DNA of 63,059 nucleotides, filler included, from It is 6 parts of 6 records of this genome, joined end to end, with 100 filler letters (N's around TTAATTAATTAA, not from the genome) between each part and the next. Parts side by side here need not be neighbours in the genome. Positions count along the whole stretch, not along the records: positions 16,206 to 23,805 come from SRR31156797_47572; positions 23,906 to 33,778 come from SRR31156797_47577; 4 more parts are not named here. One strand, 5' to 3'. Shown piece by piece: positions 19,801 to 27,972 of this stretch (position 1 is its first letter; each line of letters starts with the position of its first letter). The notes under the pieces were generated by a model. It saw only the letters and a program-made list of their open reading frames with translations, ran no database searches and was not told where the DNA came from. The position numbers and the translations under genes were made by a program.

Positions 19801-22379
19801 GAAATCAACTGCCCAAAGTCGTCCACATGAAGGTAAAGAGCGTTGTCATCAAATTTGATCCCCGCGTGGGTCTGGCGGAAGACCATGTGGGTCACCCCGC
19901 TGTGGGCGGTGACATATTCGTTTTCCAGGGGGAAATCGTCAAGATTTGCAAGGCCGAAAAGATCCGGGTTGCCGAGAAGGAAGGTTTGGGCGATGGTCAC
20001 AGGGGCGTCGGAACTCGGGGGCGTCAGGCGGTCGCCTAGAGCATGGAGGCTTCTCACCGTCCCGTTTCGGACGTTCCAGCGCACCCGGACAAGGCCCTGA
20101 CTGATCGACTGCAGGGCGTCCACCGCATCAATCTGCGATTGGGCCGGTGTTTCCGGCGACACTTCCACCTCAACATCAACTGTGATGGTTTTTTCATGGC
20201 TTGTAACCTGAATTTTTGCAAAGCCAGAGTTCTGGGCGGTCACCAGGCCGTCTGCATTAATCCTCACGGCTGCACTTATATCGGGGCGATAGGCTGTGCC
20301 CATATCTTGACCGGTGAGATCCTGTCTGGATCCGTCGCTAAAGATGCCGGTGACCGTGAGTTCTTCTGTCTGCCCAAAAGCATTAAAATAGAGTTCCTCA
20401 GGGGTTACCTCAAGGGTTATAAGTGCAAGATCCGGTTCTGAAATAATGATTGGGACGCTTTTACTGACGTCTCCGCCTTTCTGGTCACTGGCGACAACCG
20501 TTACGGAATAATTTCCGGTCTGGGAGGTATCCGGTGTCCAGGTGATCAAGCCCTGCGAGTCAATGGTCATGCCGGCCGGGGCGTTGACAAGTGAATACAC
20601 AAGGCTGTCATTGTTTGAATCAACGGCCAGGACCTGGTAAGAAAAGGTGGAGCCTGTCCAGATATCCTCCGGCGGCGCGCCGGAGTAGATTACGGGACTG
20701 GTATTACCTGGTCTTCTCCTCCGGCTGGGTGTGGACGCGATCACATCCGAGAACTCGGTCTGCTCCTCATACACCGCTGCCACGGTGTATAAATAGGTTT
20801 TGTCATTCATAATGTCCCGGTCGAGATAGGTGGAATAGGTTGAAACCGTATCTGCTATTTTGACAAAATTATCCGGGTCATCCTCCGATGACCTGAAAAT
20901 GTCGTAGCGGACAATTCCAGGCCTGTGGGTCCAGGTGACCTGAACCTCTCCCCTTCTAGACCTGGCCGCAATGGTAAAGGCCGGCAGGACGTTCAGGGTA
21001 TACTCTTCAAGAACGCCTTCTCTGAAGACTTTCAGATGATTTGTCCCCTCTGGAAGAAGAAGGTTTGCATAAGGGATTCCTTCAAGCCTTCCAAAGGGGC
21101 CAAAGCAAAGAAGACTCTCCCCTGATCCGAAATCCAGGTCAAGCCGAGCGCCTGTGGGGTCATTCTTGTAAATAGTATGTGTGCTTGACGGAAGATCCAT
21201 TCTGACCATATCCAGGCCGGACCAGTAATCGCCTAGGAAAAGGCTCGGGTTTCCCTGGGATACAGCCACAGGATTTACGGATACGGCCTGGATGGATAAT
21301 TGTTTCCCCTCAGGCGGGGTGCGTATTTCCGCCAGATCCTGAGTAAGACTGTTCTCGTCAAGAAGTTTGGTGATGGATGAGCCATCCGGGCTGATGGCCA
21401 TCATGGTTCTGGGGATATCATTATTCCAGCAGATCTGGGCCACGCAGTATATCTGATTGCTGACCGGTTCATAATCCAGTTCCTTAAAGCAGATACCTCC
21501 GCTTTCTACACCGAAAAAATCACGGAGCCTGTCCGGGCTCACGAAATCTCTTTTTATACCGTCATTCAGGTTTATTTTATAAATATTGCCATTGTTGTGT
21601 GCGACAAGCAGATCGTTGCCCAGGAGGGTCATCTCCCGGGGGTATTCATCATCAAATCGGTAAAAGGCCGTTACATCCCCGCCGGCAGAGGGCACCTGGA
21701 ATATGGCCGGCAGTCCCCATAGGGTAAAGAGAATCACTTCACTGTTGTCCAGATCAACAATTTTCATCTGAAACAAGTCACGCTCCCCCACATCAAAGAC
21801 CTCTCCGCTCAACACATCAAGCTCTTCATATCCCCCTTCGGCTTTTTTTTTCCTGCAAAGTCCGCTGAAATTTTCTCCTGCCACAAGTTCCAGGGTTTCT
21901 AAATTTGTCCCGTCCGGAAGGCAGCGGACAAAACCTATTTTTATTATGTCCGTATCGCTGTTGTTTTTACGGTATACTCCTTTTATGAAAGAAATAACCC
22001 GCTGCTCCGAGTCAAAACCAATGCCGGCACCCGTGATATTTTTTACTTCTGATAACGCCGGATCATTAAAAAAGGAGGCATAATCAGACTTCCCTAATAA
22101 CAATTGGTACGTTCCGTCAGGCAGTTGGTCTGCGGCAACCCTCTCCAGTCCATGGTTCCAGCCATAGTAATACAGGTCTCCTGCGGGATTGAAGGCCATG
22201 CAGTCGATATTGCTTCCCCGCTCAATAAGCGAGGCAAAAACAGGATTTTGGGTGAGTTTGACCACAGGGGCAGCATGGGCGGGGAGAACGGTTGTCAAGA
22301 TGATTAAAAAAAATAAATAATAACGAAAAAGAGGATTGTGTTTTATAAAATTACAGGGCCTGAATGGATGAACTTTCAT
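16818..22379 (-). CDS. Large secreted M36 (fungalysin-family) metallopeptidase with FN3, putative Ig, Big_2-like and FTP propeptide domains
   Basis: IIIHEYVH, GAVSEGFSDFFA, ALWDLR, DARDALLAAD, FAARGMG; FTP-like GVTHMVFRQTHAG; Ig PAGMTID..GLITWTP; RBS AGGAGG before ATG 22379. Confidence 0.88.
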   Translation of the reverse strand: MKVHPFRPCNFIKHNPLFRYYLFFLIILTTVLPAHAAPVVKLTQNPVFASLIERGSNIDCMAFNPAGDLYYYGWNHGLERVAADQLPDGTYQLLLGKSDYASFFNDPALSEVKNITGAGIGFDSEQRVISFIKGVYRKNNSDTDIIKIGFVRCLPDGTNLETLELVAGENFSGLCRKKKAEGGYEELDVLSGEVFDVGERDLFQMKIVDLDNSEVILFTLWGLPAIFQVPSAGGDVTAFYRFDDEYPREMTLLGNDLLVAHNNGNIYKINLNDGIKRDFVSPDRLRDFFGVESGGICFKELDYEPVSNQIYCVAQICWNNDIPRTMMAISPDGSSITKLLDENSLTQDLAEIRTPPEGKQLSIQAVSVNPVAVSQGNPSLFLGDYWSGLDMVRMDLPSSTHTIYKNDPTGARLDLDFGSGESLLCFGPFGRLEGIPYANLLLPEGTNHLKVFREGVLEEYTLNVLPAFTIAARSRRGEVQVTWTHRPGIVRYDIFRSSEDDPDNFVKIADTVSTYSTYLDRDIMNDKTYLYTVAAVYEEQTEFSDVIASTPSRRRRPGNTSPVIYSGAPPEDIWTGSTFSYQVLAVDSNNDSLVYSLVNAPAGMTIDSQGLITWTPDTSQTGNYSVTVVASDQKGGDVSKSVPIIISEPDLALITLEVTPEELYFNAFGQTEELTVTGIFSDGSRQDLTGQDMGTAYRPDISAAVRINADGLVTAQNSGFAKIQVTSHEKTITVDVEVEVSPETPAQSQIDAVDALQSISQGLVRVRWNVRNGTVRSLHALGDRLTPPSSDAPVTIAQTFLLGNPDLFGLANLDDFPLENEYVTAHSGVTHMVFRQTHAGIKFDDNALYLHVDDFGQLISVNGDFDPAPAYPSPSPAIPPEDAVTIVVNSLAPQTLFQPAVVSGPEGAEQETVFEAGPLNDNPVASLRWLAMADGIHLTWWVLFFDDKNYCVAMVDAHTGNVLQVTDMAAAAIPGKAFLQSPDKVGDTPSSVTLPDHWFDLSNPEKPYPSWGSNTYVVYRYYPDDLTNHHNFWTETLFAQNFLNSWRNNDGKWIFNTNAYNWEDKYFTSGNIFYWMNHLHDYFVDIGFDHESRNMEAGNYGQGSEFFSKTGVKAYVRGGWVSKYAVNNACATYSTMDSSDTRKWFPVVQYGLFYKKKPGYVATYYAASDTSLDPDIIIHEYVHNVSNALVGGTIDLQPMWDLGVQAGAVSEGFSDFFACSLTNDPVMGEYETGDQVKGIRILPLGHPNATYNKVHDYSTQKNDGPKYKVALIFSSALWDLRDLFMEKYGSEAGRTKLERLVIDAMKMMPAAPDLLDARDALLAADSAAECSAHQKMLWEVFAARGMGDSAESKNAQDTNPTPGDDLPQDYTQAPEVGQIEVMGEIQLNVPVDIDVEGYYFTPDSRVYITDELAVNLEYVDFDHIDCHNLLVSDYIFNSLDQQYLCVEKEVDGQWVEHCGPINTDAPEIKQITPSSGIPMNQGIELMITGENLTPVHTVVITDPSGAETLPSFTVVDDSRISIPEYTFTATGQHRVILTSDKGEAQGVVLVEKISTERLDALRGSSLSHTYTLNPYSTMRDDDNTPSPYTGTTVTSISTELPSLSAYSNLNVQLMIPPGETIRNSTIDILHTESALGGTSGGDPYRVVTENAELHYREVITIIGAELSDGTVIDTGTVSCHLEITGNANRQGYYNVTGIYPITIAVLPDGSSINFADPSLIDPGTGLPYAGGLSFDPETSFGQVLLKALPPLSSVAIRLSGNPYAGTDISPETTFFPDGASPFEVDSDSFDLPLGIRVVFHPGHTFEGAGGIIRNGYMESTSAVFVNEESGQYSFDVTYRLVSDDPTIKLIYQK

Positions 22380-22845
22380 TTTGTGCCTCCTTTTTCTTTT
22401 AATTATTTGGCTCTCCAAGCTTTTCCGTGGTAGATAAAAATTACTATTTGTGATATAGGCCTGTCCGTATTTTTTAATGTTTTAAAATTATTGACAATAA
22501 TTAGTTAGCTCAAAATTGAGGTCGGCCTGATAACGCCCGAAAATCATCAATACTGGTTAAAACCACGGAAAATATCAGAGAACCAAAAATAAATAAAATT
22601 TAGTTGATTGTCGTTTATTTTAAGTTGGGTAAAAAATTCCATATATCTGTATAATTAATGTAATACTATTCAGTGAAGTTTTTCTACTTCATTTGGCCGG
22701 TCAAAGGGCTTGAAAACGACTGACCGGCAGTCGGCGAACATTCATCGCCTTACACCTGCAAGCCCTTGTTACCGCATTATGCCTGGGCGTCTCTATCTGC
22801 CATGCCGGGTTATTTGTCCCGGCTAACGACACGATATTCGAGAAA

Positions 22846-23556
22846 TTATTTTTTAATCCGTTTTCGGGTGATTCCTGAAATAATAATCATGCCTGCACTG
22901 AAAAGCAGAAAGGTGGATGGTTCTGGAACCGGGGCAGGACTGTCCGAAGTGATCTTCAGGCTGCTTGAAAAATAGATGGAAGCTTCGCTGTCCGGATCGG
23001 TTTGCTGGAGGTATGATCCTGAATCCGGGATTGCGGTATCAAGGATTATAGTGATCGTGGCCGTTTCATCGCCATCAAGGGAAAAATCCCAGCCCAGGGC
23101 CATGGAGACATCATCTTTATTGCCTAAGGGTAGATTGTTTGTATTATCTAAAGAACCGTCGAGGACATTGTCGTATATGTCTCCGAATTGGTAACCGGGT
23201 TCATCAATTTCCCAGGATTGACCGCTGGCAGTGGCTTCGCCCGCCCCGTATTCATTGAAAGATGTATTGGTGCCTGAATCAATATCGTGATTAAAAAAGG
23301 AGATAAAGGAATGATCTCCAGCTATATTTGTTGACCAGGTCAGAATCCCCAAGCCCGTTGAGGCGTTAAAGCCGGTGCTGTCCAAGCCGGGAACAATACT
23401 GAGGTCATTAAATGAATTATTGTCATAGTCATAAGATTCATAAACTGACCCGTCAATATTAAAAGCCCAATCAAAAAGATCAATCGTGGCAGCCGAGACT
23501 GTTGCAGTGCCGACCAACAGGCAATAAAGCAAATTCAACCCGATTGTTTTAATCAT
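22846..23556 (-). CDS. PEP-CTERM sorting-domain protein
   Basis: Signal peptide; C-terminal PVPEPSTFLLFSAG...RKRIKK; RBS AGGAG before ATG 23556. Confidence 0.92.
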   Translation of the reverse strand: MIKTIGLNLLYCLLVGTATVSAATIDLFDWAFNIDGSVYESYDYDNNSFNDLSIVPGLDSTGFNASTGLGILTWSTNIAGDHSFISFFNHDIDSGTNTSFNEYGAGEATASGQSWEIDEPGYQFGDIYDNVLDGSLDNTNNLPLGNKDDVSMALGWDFSLDGDETATITIILDTAIPDSGSYLQQTDPDSEASIYFSSSLKITSDSPAPVPEPSTFLLFSAGMIIISGITRKRIKK

Positions 23557-23640
23557 TCTTTTTCTCCTTAAAGCTAAAAGATTTTTCTTTGCAGATATCT
23601 GAGCATCTGAATTAATGAGTACAAATCTGTAATAGAAAAC

Positions 23641-23656
23641 GCAAATTTCATGCCAG
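23641..23656 (-). promoter_or_regulatory. Sigma54 (-24/-12) promoter of the PEP-CTERM gene
   Basis: Minus strand CTGGCATGAAATTTGC matches TGGCA-N6-TTGC; PEP-CTERM genes are commonly sigma54/PrsR controlled. Confidence 0.8.
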
Positions 23657-23805
23657 TTTTTTTGGAGAATGTTCGGCTTAGACGGGTCAAACAGTTTCGG
23701 TTTTTTTACCGTAACAGTGCGGGGCAGGACGGGATAATCCTTCCTTTCATGGATTGAGTTCAATGACGGAAAAACAGACCTGGTCAAAACTGCCGGATTC
23801 ATCCA

Positions 23806-23905
23806 NNNNNNNNNNNNNNNNNNNNNNNNNNNNNNNNNNNNNNNNNNNNTTAATTAATTAANNNNNNNNNNNNNNNNNNNNNNNNNNNNNNNNNNNNNNN
23901 NNNNN
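23806..23905. other. Artificial contig spacer
   Basis: N-run with TTAATTAATTAA. Confidence 0.99.
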
Positions 23906-25264
23906 GGGCAGCAGGGAGACGAAATTAAAGGCGGCGCCGCATCCGAAACCGGTACAGCCGCCGAACAGGGGAGCTTGGTTTTCCTTGCGGATGATGTTGA
24001 TAAGGTTGTCCTTGAGGCCCAGGATGGGGTTTTCACGGGCGGCTTTTTCGTATTGTCTTAAAAATGCCTCAAATGCCTTTTGTTCGGGCATTTGGAGCCG
24101 GGCTCCCTCTCCCACCGTGGCAAGGCGGTTGAAGGTGAAATAATCGGCACGTCCCCGGAGCAGTTCTCCCAGGGGAAGGACCTGGTCGAGGTTGTCCCGG
24201 GCCAGGGTGAGCATGACCGTGGAATGGATGCCCAGTTGCCGGAGTTGGTCCAGAAAGGCAAGGGAGCGGTCAAAATGGCCGGATCCCCGCATATGGTCGT
24301 TGTGATGGGAAAGTCCCTCGAGGCTGATCTGGAAGAACAGGGGAGGGGAGATCTCCATCAGGCGTTCCATTTCTTCCATGGGGGTTGGGTTGCCGAGGAT
24401 GGCAAGCCCGAAGCCCCTGTCCCGGGCGGCCCGGTAGAGGTCCGGGAAGCGGGGGTGGAGAAAGGGATTGCCCCCGGTAAAGGTAACCTGGCCCCGCACA
24501 TGCATGGCCTGGCAGAACCGGTCAAAATCGTCCAGCACCGCCAGGGCTTTGTCATGGGGCATGACCGACCGGTTGCTGCGGTCATAACAGTGCCTGCAGT
24601 GAAGGTCACATGCCTGGGTGATGTGCCATTGGAGGGTGAACACCTCGGCTTCCAGGAACGGAGTGGTTGCGTCATCGGCGGTGCATGGCAGGGAATTCCG
24701 CCGAATCCGGGAGGAAGGAACCAGAATAAGCCCCTTATTCACGGCCCGGTCCAGGGTCGAGCGAATGAATCCTATAGGCACATTGCCCTGGGCTGCGGCC
24801 TCATCAAGGGGGATTTCTTCCAGGATGATCTTCAGGGCCAGCAGATCCTCGTTTCCGGCCTGGGCCATCAGGAGCCTGGCTGTTTTCGGATGCCGCCAGA
24901 CCAGGACATGGCCGGGGCAGGGGGCGGGGGGGGGCTGGTTGTCGGTCGCCTCCAGAAGGGAAACAAGGTGGCTCCAGGCCACGGGAACCAGGGAGAGGGC
25001 AGGGTTCACCCTTATTGTACCGGGGGCGTTTTCCTGGGGGATTGCCTTTTGGATTTCGTGGCGTGCCCACTCCAGGCGGGCAAGATCATCAATGTAGCCC
25101 GGAAGATTTAGGGCCGTCTTCAAATGAGCGAGCATGGCGGGAAAATCCCGGGGGGATACATTTTCATCCAGGGCCGCCAAAACCCTTCCCCAGGTTTTTG
25201 AACCAAGGGCATGGCGGCTGCTGGAAAAGATTGAAGAATAGTCATCCAGGTGTGGTTTGGTCAC
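23906..25264 (-). CDS. sbtM: Selenobiotic-family / thio(seleno)oxazole radical SAM peptide maturase (3' truncated)
   Basis: FTLQWHITQACDLHCRHCYDRS (CX3CX2C), TGGNP, start of SPASM region GGCTGFGCGAAFNF, N-terminal YIDDLARLE..VNP.L extension; adjacent to an SbtA-type precursor. Confidence 0.88.
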
Positions 25265-25318
25265 GCTTCACCTGTAATATGAAAAAATGGATTGATGATA
25301 GGGCCGGCTGTCAGGTAT

Positions 25319-25335
25319 GCATGCATACTGCACGC
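25319..25335 (-). promoter_or_regulatory. Bacterial SECIS-like hairpin for UGA #3
   Basis: GCGUGCA-GUA-UGCAUGC (one G-U pair); loop starts 21 nt after UGA with G. Confidence 0.65.
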
Positions 25336-25342
25336 GGTGTCG

Positions 25343-25564
25343 TCAGCCTCAGCCACTCTTGCCTGGTTGTTTCTTGTCCTGGTCGGTGCCGCCGGCACCG
25401 GAGCTGCCGCCGCTTCACCCGCTCTGGGAGCTACCTGCTCCCTCTCCATGGCCGCCTCAGGCGCTTTTGCCCGGGCTGCAGCCGGTGAAGACGACGGCGG
25501 ACCCCGTGATCAGGCTGGCGACGCAAAAGCCCGCCAGGATCATTTTCAGGTCGTTTCCGTCCAT
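25343..25564 (-). CDS. sbtA: Selenocysteine-containing RiPP precursor (SbtA/selenobiotic family), about 73 aa with 3 recoded UGA
   Basis: MDGNDLKMILAGFCVASLITGSAVVFTGCSPGKSA-U-GGHGEGAGSSQSG-U-SGGSSGAGGTDQDKKQPGKSG-U-G-UGA; RBS AAGGAG; UGA at 25457-59, 25415-17, 25349-51 and 25343-45. Missed by the ORF track. Confidence 0.88.
25384..25400 (-). promoter_or_regulatory. Bacterial SECIS-like hairpin for UGA #2
   Basis: CGGUGCC-GGC-GGCACCG; loop starts 22 nt after UGA with G. Confidence 0.7.
25426..25442 (-). promoter_or_regulatory. Bacterial SECIS-like hairpin for UGA #1
   Basis: GGGAGC-AGGUA-GCUCCC; loop starts 21 nt after UGA, with G at loop position 2. Confidence 0.7.
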
Positions 25565-25695
25565 GTTTGTCTCCTTGTTCTGGTCGGTACACATTCCCCC
25601 TGGGGGCGGGAATTCGAAAATCAGGGAGGTTTCGTCAATGGTGAGGCGTATCGGGTCGGTGGATTTGTTTTGAGAAGAGATTCAGCCTGATAGAA

Positions 25696-26052
25696 TTACA
25701 CTACCAGAGGACCCAGGGGGCTGTCAATGGGATGGGGGGGATAGAAGTGGTTTCTTCTGCGGATACTCTCGTGGATTTCATAATAGGATTGAACCCGTCG
25801 TCTGTCCGGCTTTTCCCGTCTGTCGTTGTATTTGGAGAGGGTAACGATAACACCGGCCCTGACCTCTTCCCGGCGTTCCGGCTGCCTTTTGCGCAGTCGT
25901 CGTTTTAATTTTACGTTCAAGCGTGCTCTTCTTTTATTGATCGCCAGTTCTCCGCTTACCGGCACCGTTGGTTCTACCGCTTTTGTCAGGACGGGAAGTA
26001 TTATGGGTCTGCTAGGCATAATTTTATCTCCTTCAACTTGAGTCGTCGACAA
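25696..26052 (-). CDS. Hypothetical Arg-rich protein (ERR/DRR repeats)
   Basis: ORF track; ERREEVR..DRREKPDRR. Start uncertain. Confidence 0.45.
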   Translation of the reverse strand: MSTTQVEGDKIMPSRPIILPVLTKAVEPTVPVSGELAINKRRARLNVKLKRRLRKRQPERREEVRAGVIVTLSKYNDRREKPDRRRVQSYYEIHESIRRRNHFYPPHPIDSPLGPLVV

Positions 26053-26113
26053 ACCATGCTTCTGAAAAAATAGGTTCTATATCGTTGTTCGTCAATGTTT
26101 AATAAGATAAAGC

Positions 26114-26319
26114 GGGGTCAGGCTTGACCCCACGTGTTGCGCCATCTATTAAAAAGAGCTTAACCTGGGGACGAAAATCATGTATGTTGCACTGATTTGT
26201 TTTATAATAAGGGGGCATACGCAACCGGGGTCAGGCTAAATAGAACGGGGTCAGGCTTAGCTTATTGTTTTTTTTTGTTGAGAGCTCCAACAATATCGCC
26301 AATAAGCTAAGCCTGCCCC
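26114..26319. repeat. Cluster of GGGGTCAGGCT REP-like repeats including a long inverted pair
   Basis: GGGGTCAGGCT at 26114, 26227 and 26247; GGGGTCAGGCTTAGCTTATTG (26247-67) pairs with CAATAAGCTAAGCCTGCCCC (26300-19). Confidence 0.7.
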
Positions 26320-26383
26320 CTGTGCTGCGCTAAGTCAGATCCCACTATGCCGTTGCCCCAGAGGAGTACAAGGATCACAGGTA

Positions 26384-27157
26384 ATGGGTTTTAACAGGGA
26401 AAAATTTAAACGCACGGAACTGCTGCTCGGGGAAGCGGCCATGGAGCGTCTTGAAGACGCTTGTATTACGGTAATCGGGCTTGGAGCCGTGGGCTCCCAT
26501 GCCATCGAGGCCCTGGCAAGGAGCGGGGTGGGGACCCTCAGGATCGTGGATTTCGACGAGATCGGCGAGAGCAACTTCAACCGCCAGCTTCTGGCCGTGG
26601 AGTCCAACCTGGGCCGCCTCAAGACCGATGCCGCGGAAGACCGGCTCAGGCAGATCAATCCGGACATGCGGGTGGAAACCTATAACATGCTCTGCCACAA
26701 GGACACCTTTGACGAGGTCTTTGAAAACAGGACCGATGTGGTGGTGGATGCCATCGACAGCCTCAATCCCAAGGTCAACGTGCTGTTTGAACTGGTCCGG
26801 CATAACATCGATGTGGTCTCGTGCATGGGGGCCGCAAGAAAGATAGACCCCACCAAGATCACCACCGGGGATCTTTCCGAGACCCTCTACTGCCCCCTGG
26901 CGCGGTCGGTGAGAAAGCGGTTGCGGCGCATGGGGGTGGATGAAGGCATCCATTGTGTCTACTCGACCGAGGTCGTTGCAAAAGAGACGGTTTCCGATGA
27001 AACGGAACCCAACTATTTTGACTCGGGCAGGCTCAGGAATCCCATGGGGAGCCTCTCCATGATCAGCGGCATCTTCGGCTACGTGGCGGCCCTTGAAGCA
27101 TTGAAGCGGGTGGTGGATTCTCCGGTTTTTAATTGTAGCTCTTCGCACATGAATTAA
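26384..27157 (+). CDS. tcdA: tRNA threonylcarbamoyladenosine dehydratase (ThiF family)
   Basis: GLGAVGS, VDFD..SNFNRQ, DAIDS, MGAARKIDPT, CPLARSVRKRLR, VYSTE. Confidence 0.9.
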   Translation: MGFNREKFKRTELLLGEAAMERLEDACITVIGLGAVGSHAIEALARSGVGTLRIVDFDEIGESNFNRQLLAVESNLGRLKTDAAEDRLRQINPDMRVETYNMLCHKDTFDEVFENRTDVVVDAIDSLNPKVNVLFELVRHNIDVVSCMGAARKIDPTKITTGDLSETLYCPLARSVRKRLRRMGVDEGIHCVYSTEVVAKETVSDETEPNYFDSGRLRNPMGSLSMISGIFGYVAALEALKRVVDSPVFNCSSSHMN

Positions 27158-27238
27158 GCCTGTTTCTTTTAGAACATCCGTTAAAACAGGTATTCATTCG
27201 AGTGTAAACGTCTATAGTAGCTTAAATTTACAGGAAAA

Positions 27239-27964
27239 ATGGAAAAAGACAGAATATTTGCAGCAAAACAGGAAACGGTGCCGGCCTTTGAGTTCAACGA
27301 AGCCGTGGCATCCGTGTTTAGCGACATGCTGGAACGCTCGGTTCCCAACTATGTGGAGAGCATCACGCGCCAGGCCCAGCTTGCCGTGGATTTTCATAGG
27401 GAGAACACCCGGATCTACGATCTTGGCTGCTCCCACGGAAATCTCGGCATCCTCATGGGCAAGACCTTTGGCGGCCGGGACTTCTCCATGGTGGGGGTGG
27501 ACAGCTCACAGCCCATGATCGACAAGTATGAACAGCGGCTGGAAAGCGAGTCCTTCCGGGAGAAGGTCTCCCTCGTGTGCGACCGGGCCGAGAATGTGGC
27601 CATGTCCAACGCTTCGGTGGTGGTGGTGAACCTTACCCTCCAGTTCCTTGATCTCAACCTGAGGGACGCCCTTGTGGCGGATATCCACAAGGCCCTGGTG
27701 CCCGGAGGCATCCTGCTGCTCACGGAAAAGGTGGTGAGCGTCCATGACCCGGTGTCGGAACTTCAGCTCGACTATTACAAGCGGTTTAAGCGGGAGAACG
27801 GTTATTCAGAGCTCGAGATCAGCCAGAAACGGGAAGCCCTGGAGGACGTGCTCGTGCCCGAGACCCTCGAGGCCCACCAGGACAGGCTCAAAAGGGCCGG
27901 ATTCACCACCATGGATGTCTGGCTCAAGTGGTTCAATTTTGCTTCAATGATCGCTGTTAAATAG
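27239..27964 (+). CDS. cmoA: Carboxy-S-adenosyl-L-methionine synthase
   Basis: FEFNEAVASVFSDMLERSVPNY, YDLGCS, TLQF, NGYSELEISQKREALE, WFNFAS. Confidence 0.96.
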   Translation: MEKDRIFAAKQETVPAFEFNEAVASVFSDMLERSVPNYVESITRQAQLAVDFHRENTRIYDLGCSHGNLGILMGKTFGGRDFSMVGVDSSQPMIDKYEQRLESESFREKVSLVCDRAENVAMSNASVVVVNLTLQFLDLNLRDALVADIHKALVPGGILLLTEKVVSVHDPVSELQLDYYKRFKRENGYSELEISQKREALEDVLVPETLEAHQDRLKRAGFTTMDVWLKWFNFASMIAVK

Positions 27965-27972
27965 GAAAAGTT

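Noticed and set aside
22420-22845. Long leader upstream of the M36 gene as a riboswitch (e.g. c-di-GMP)
   Set aside because: Some hairpins are present (GCCGGG..CCCGGC, CCGGTCA..TGACCGG) but no recognisable aptamer consensus.
25261-25690. ORF-track peptides 25261-25449(-), 25292-25690(+) and 25317-25673(+)
   Set aside because: Shadow frames of the UGA-containing sbtA gene, which has the RBS, family-like leader and SECIS-like hairpins.
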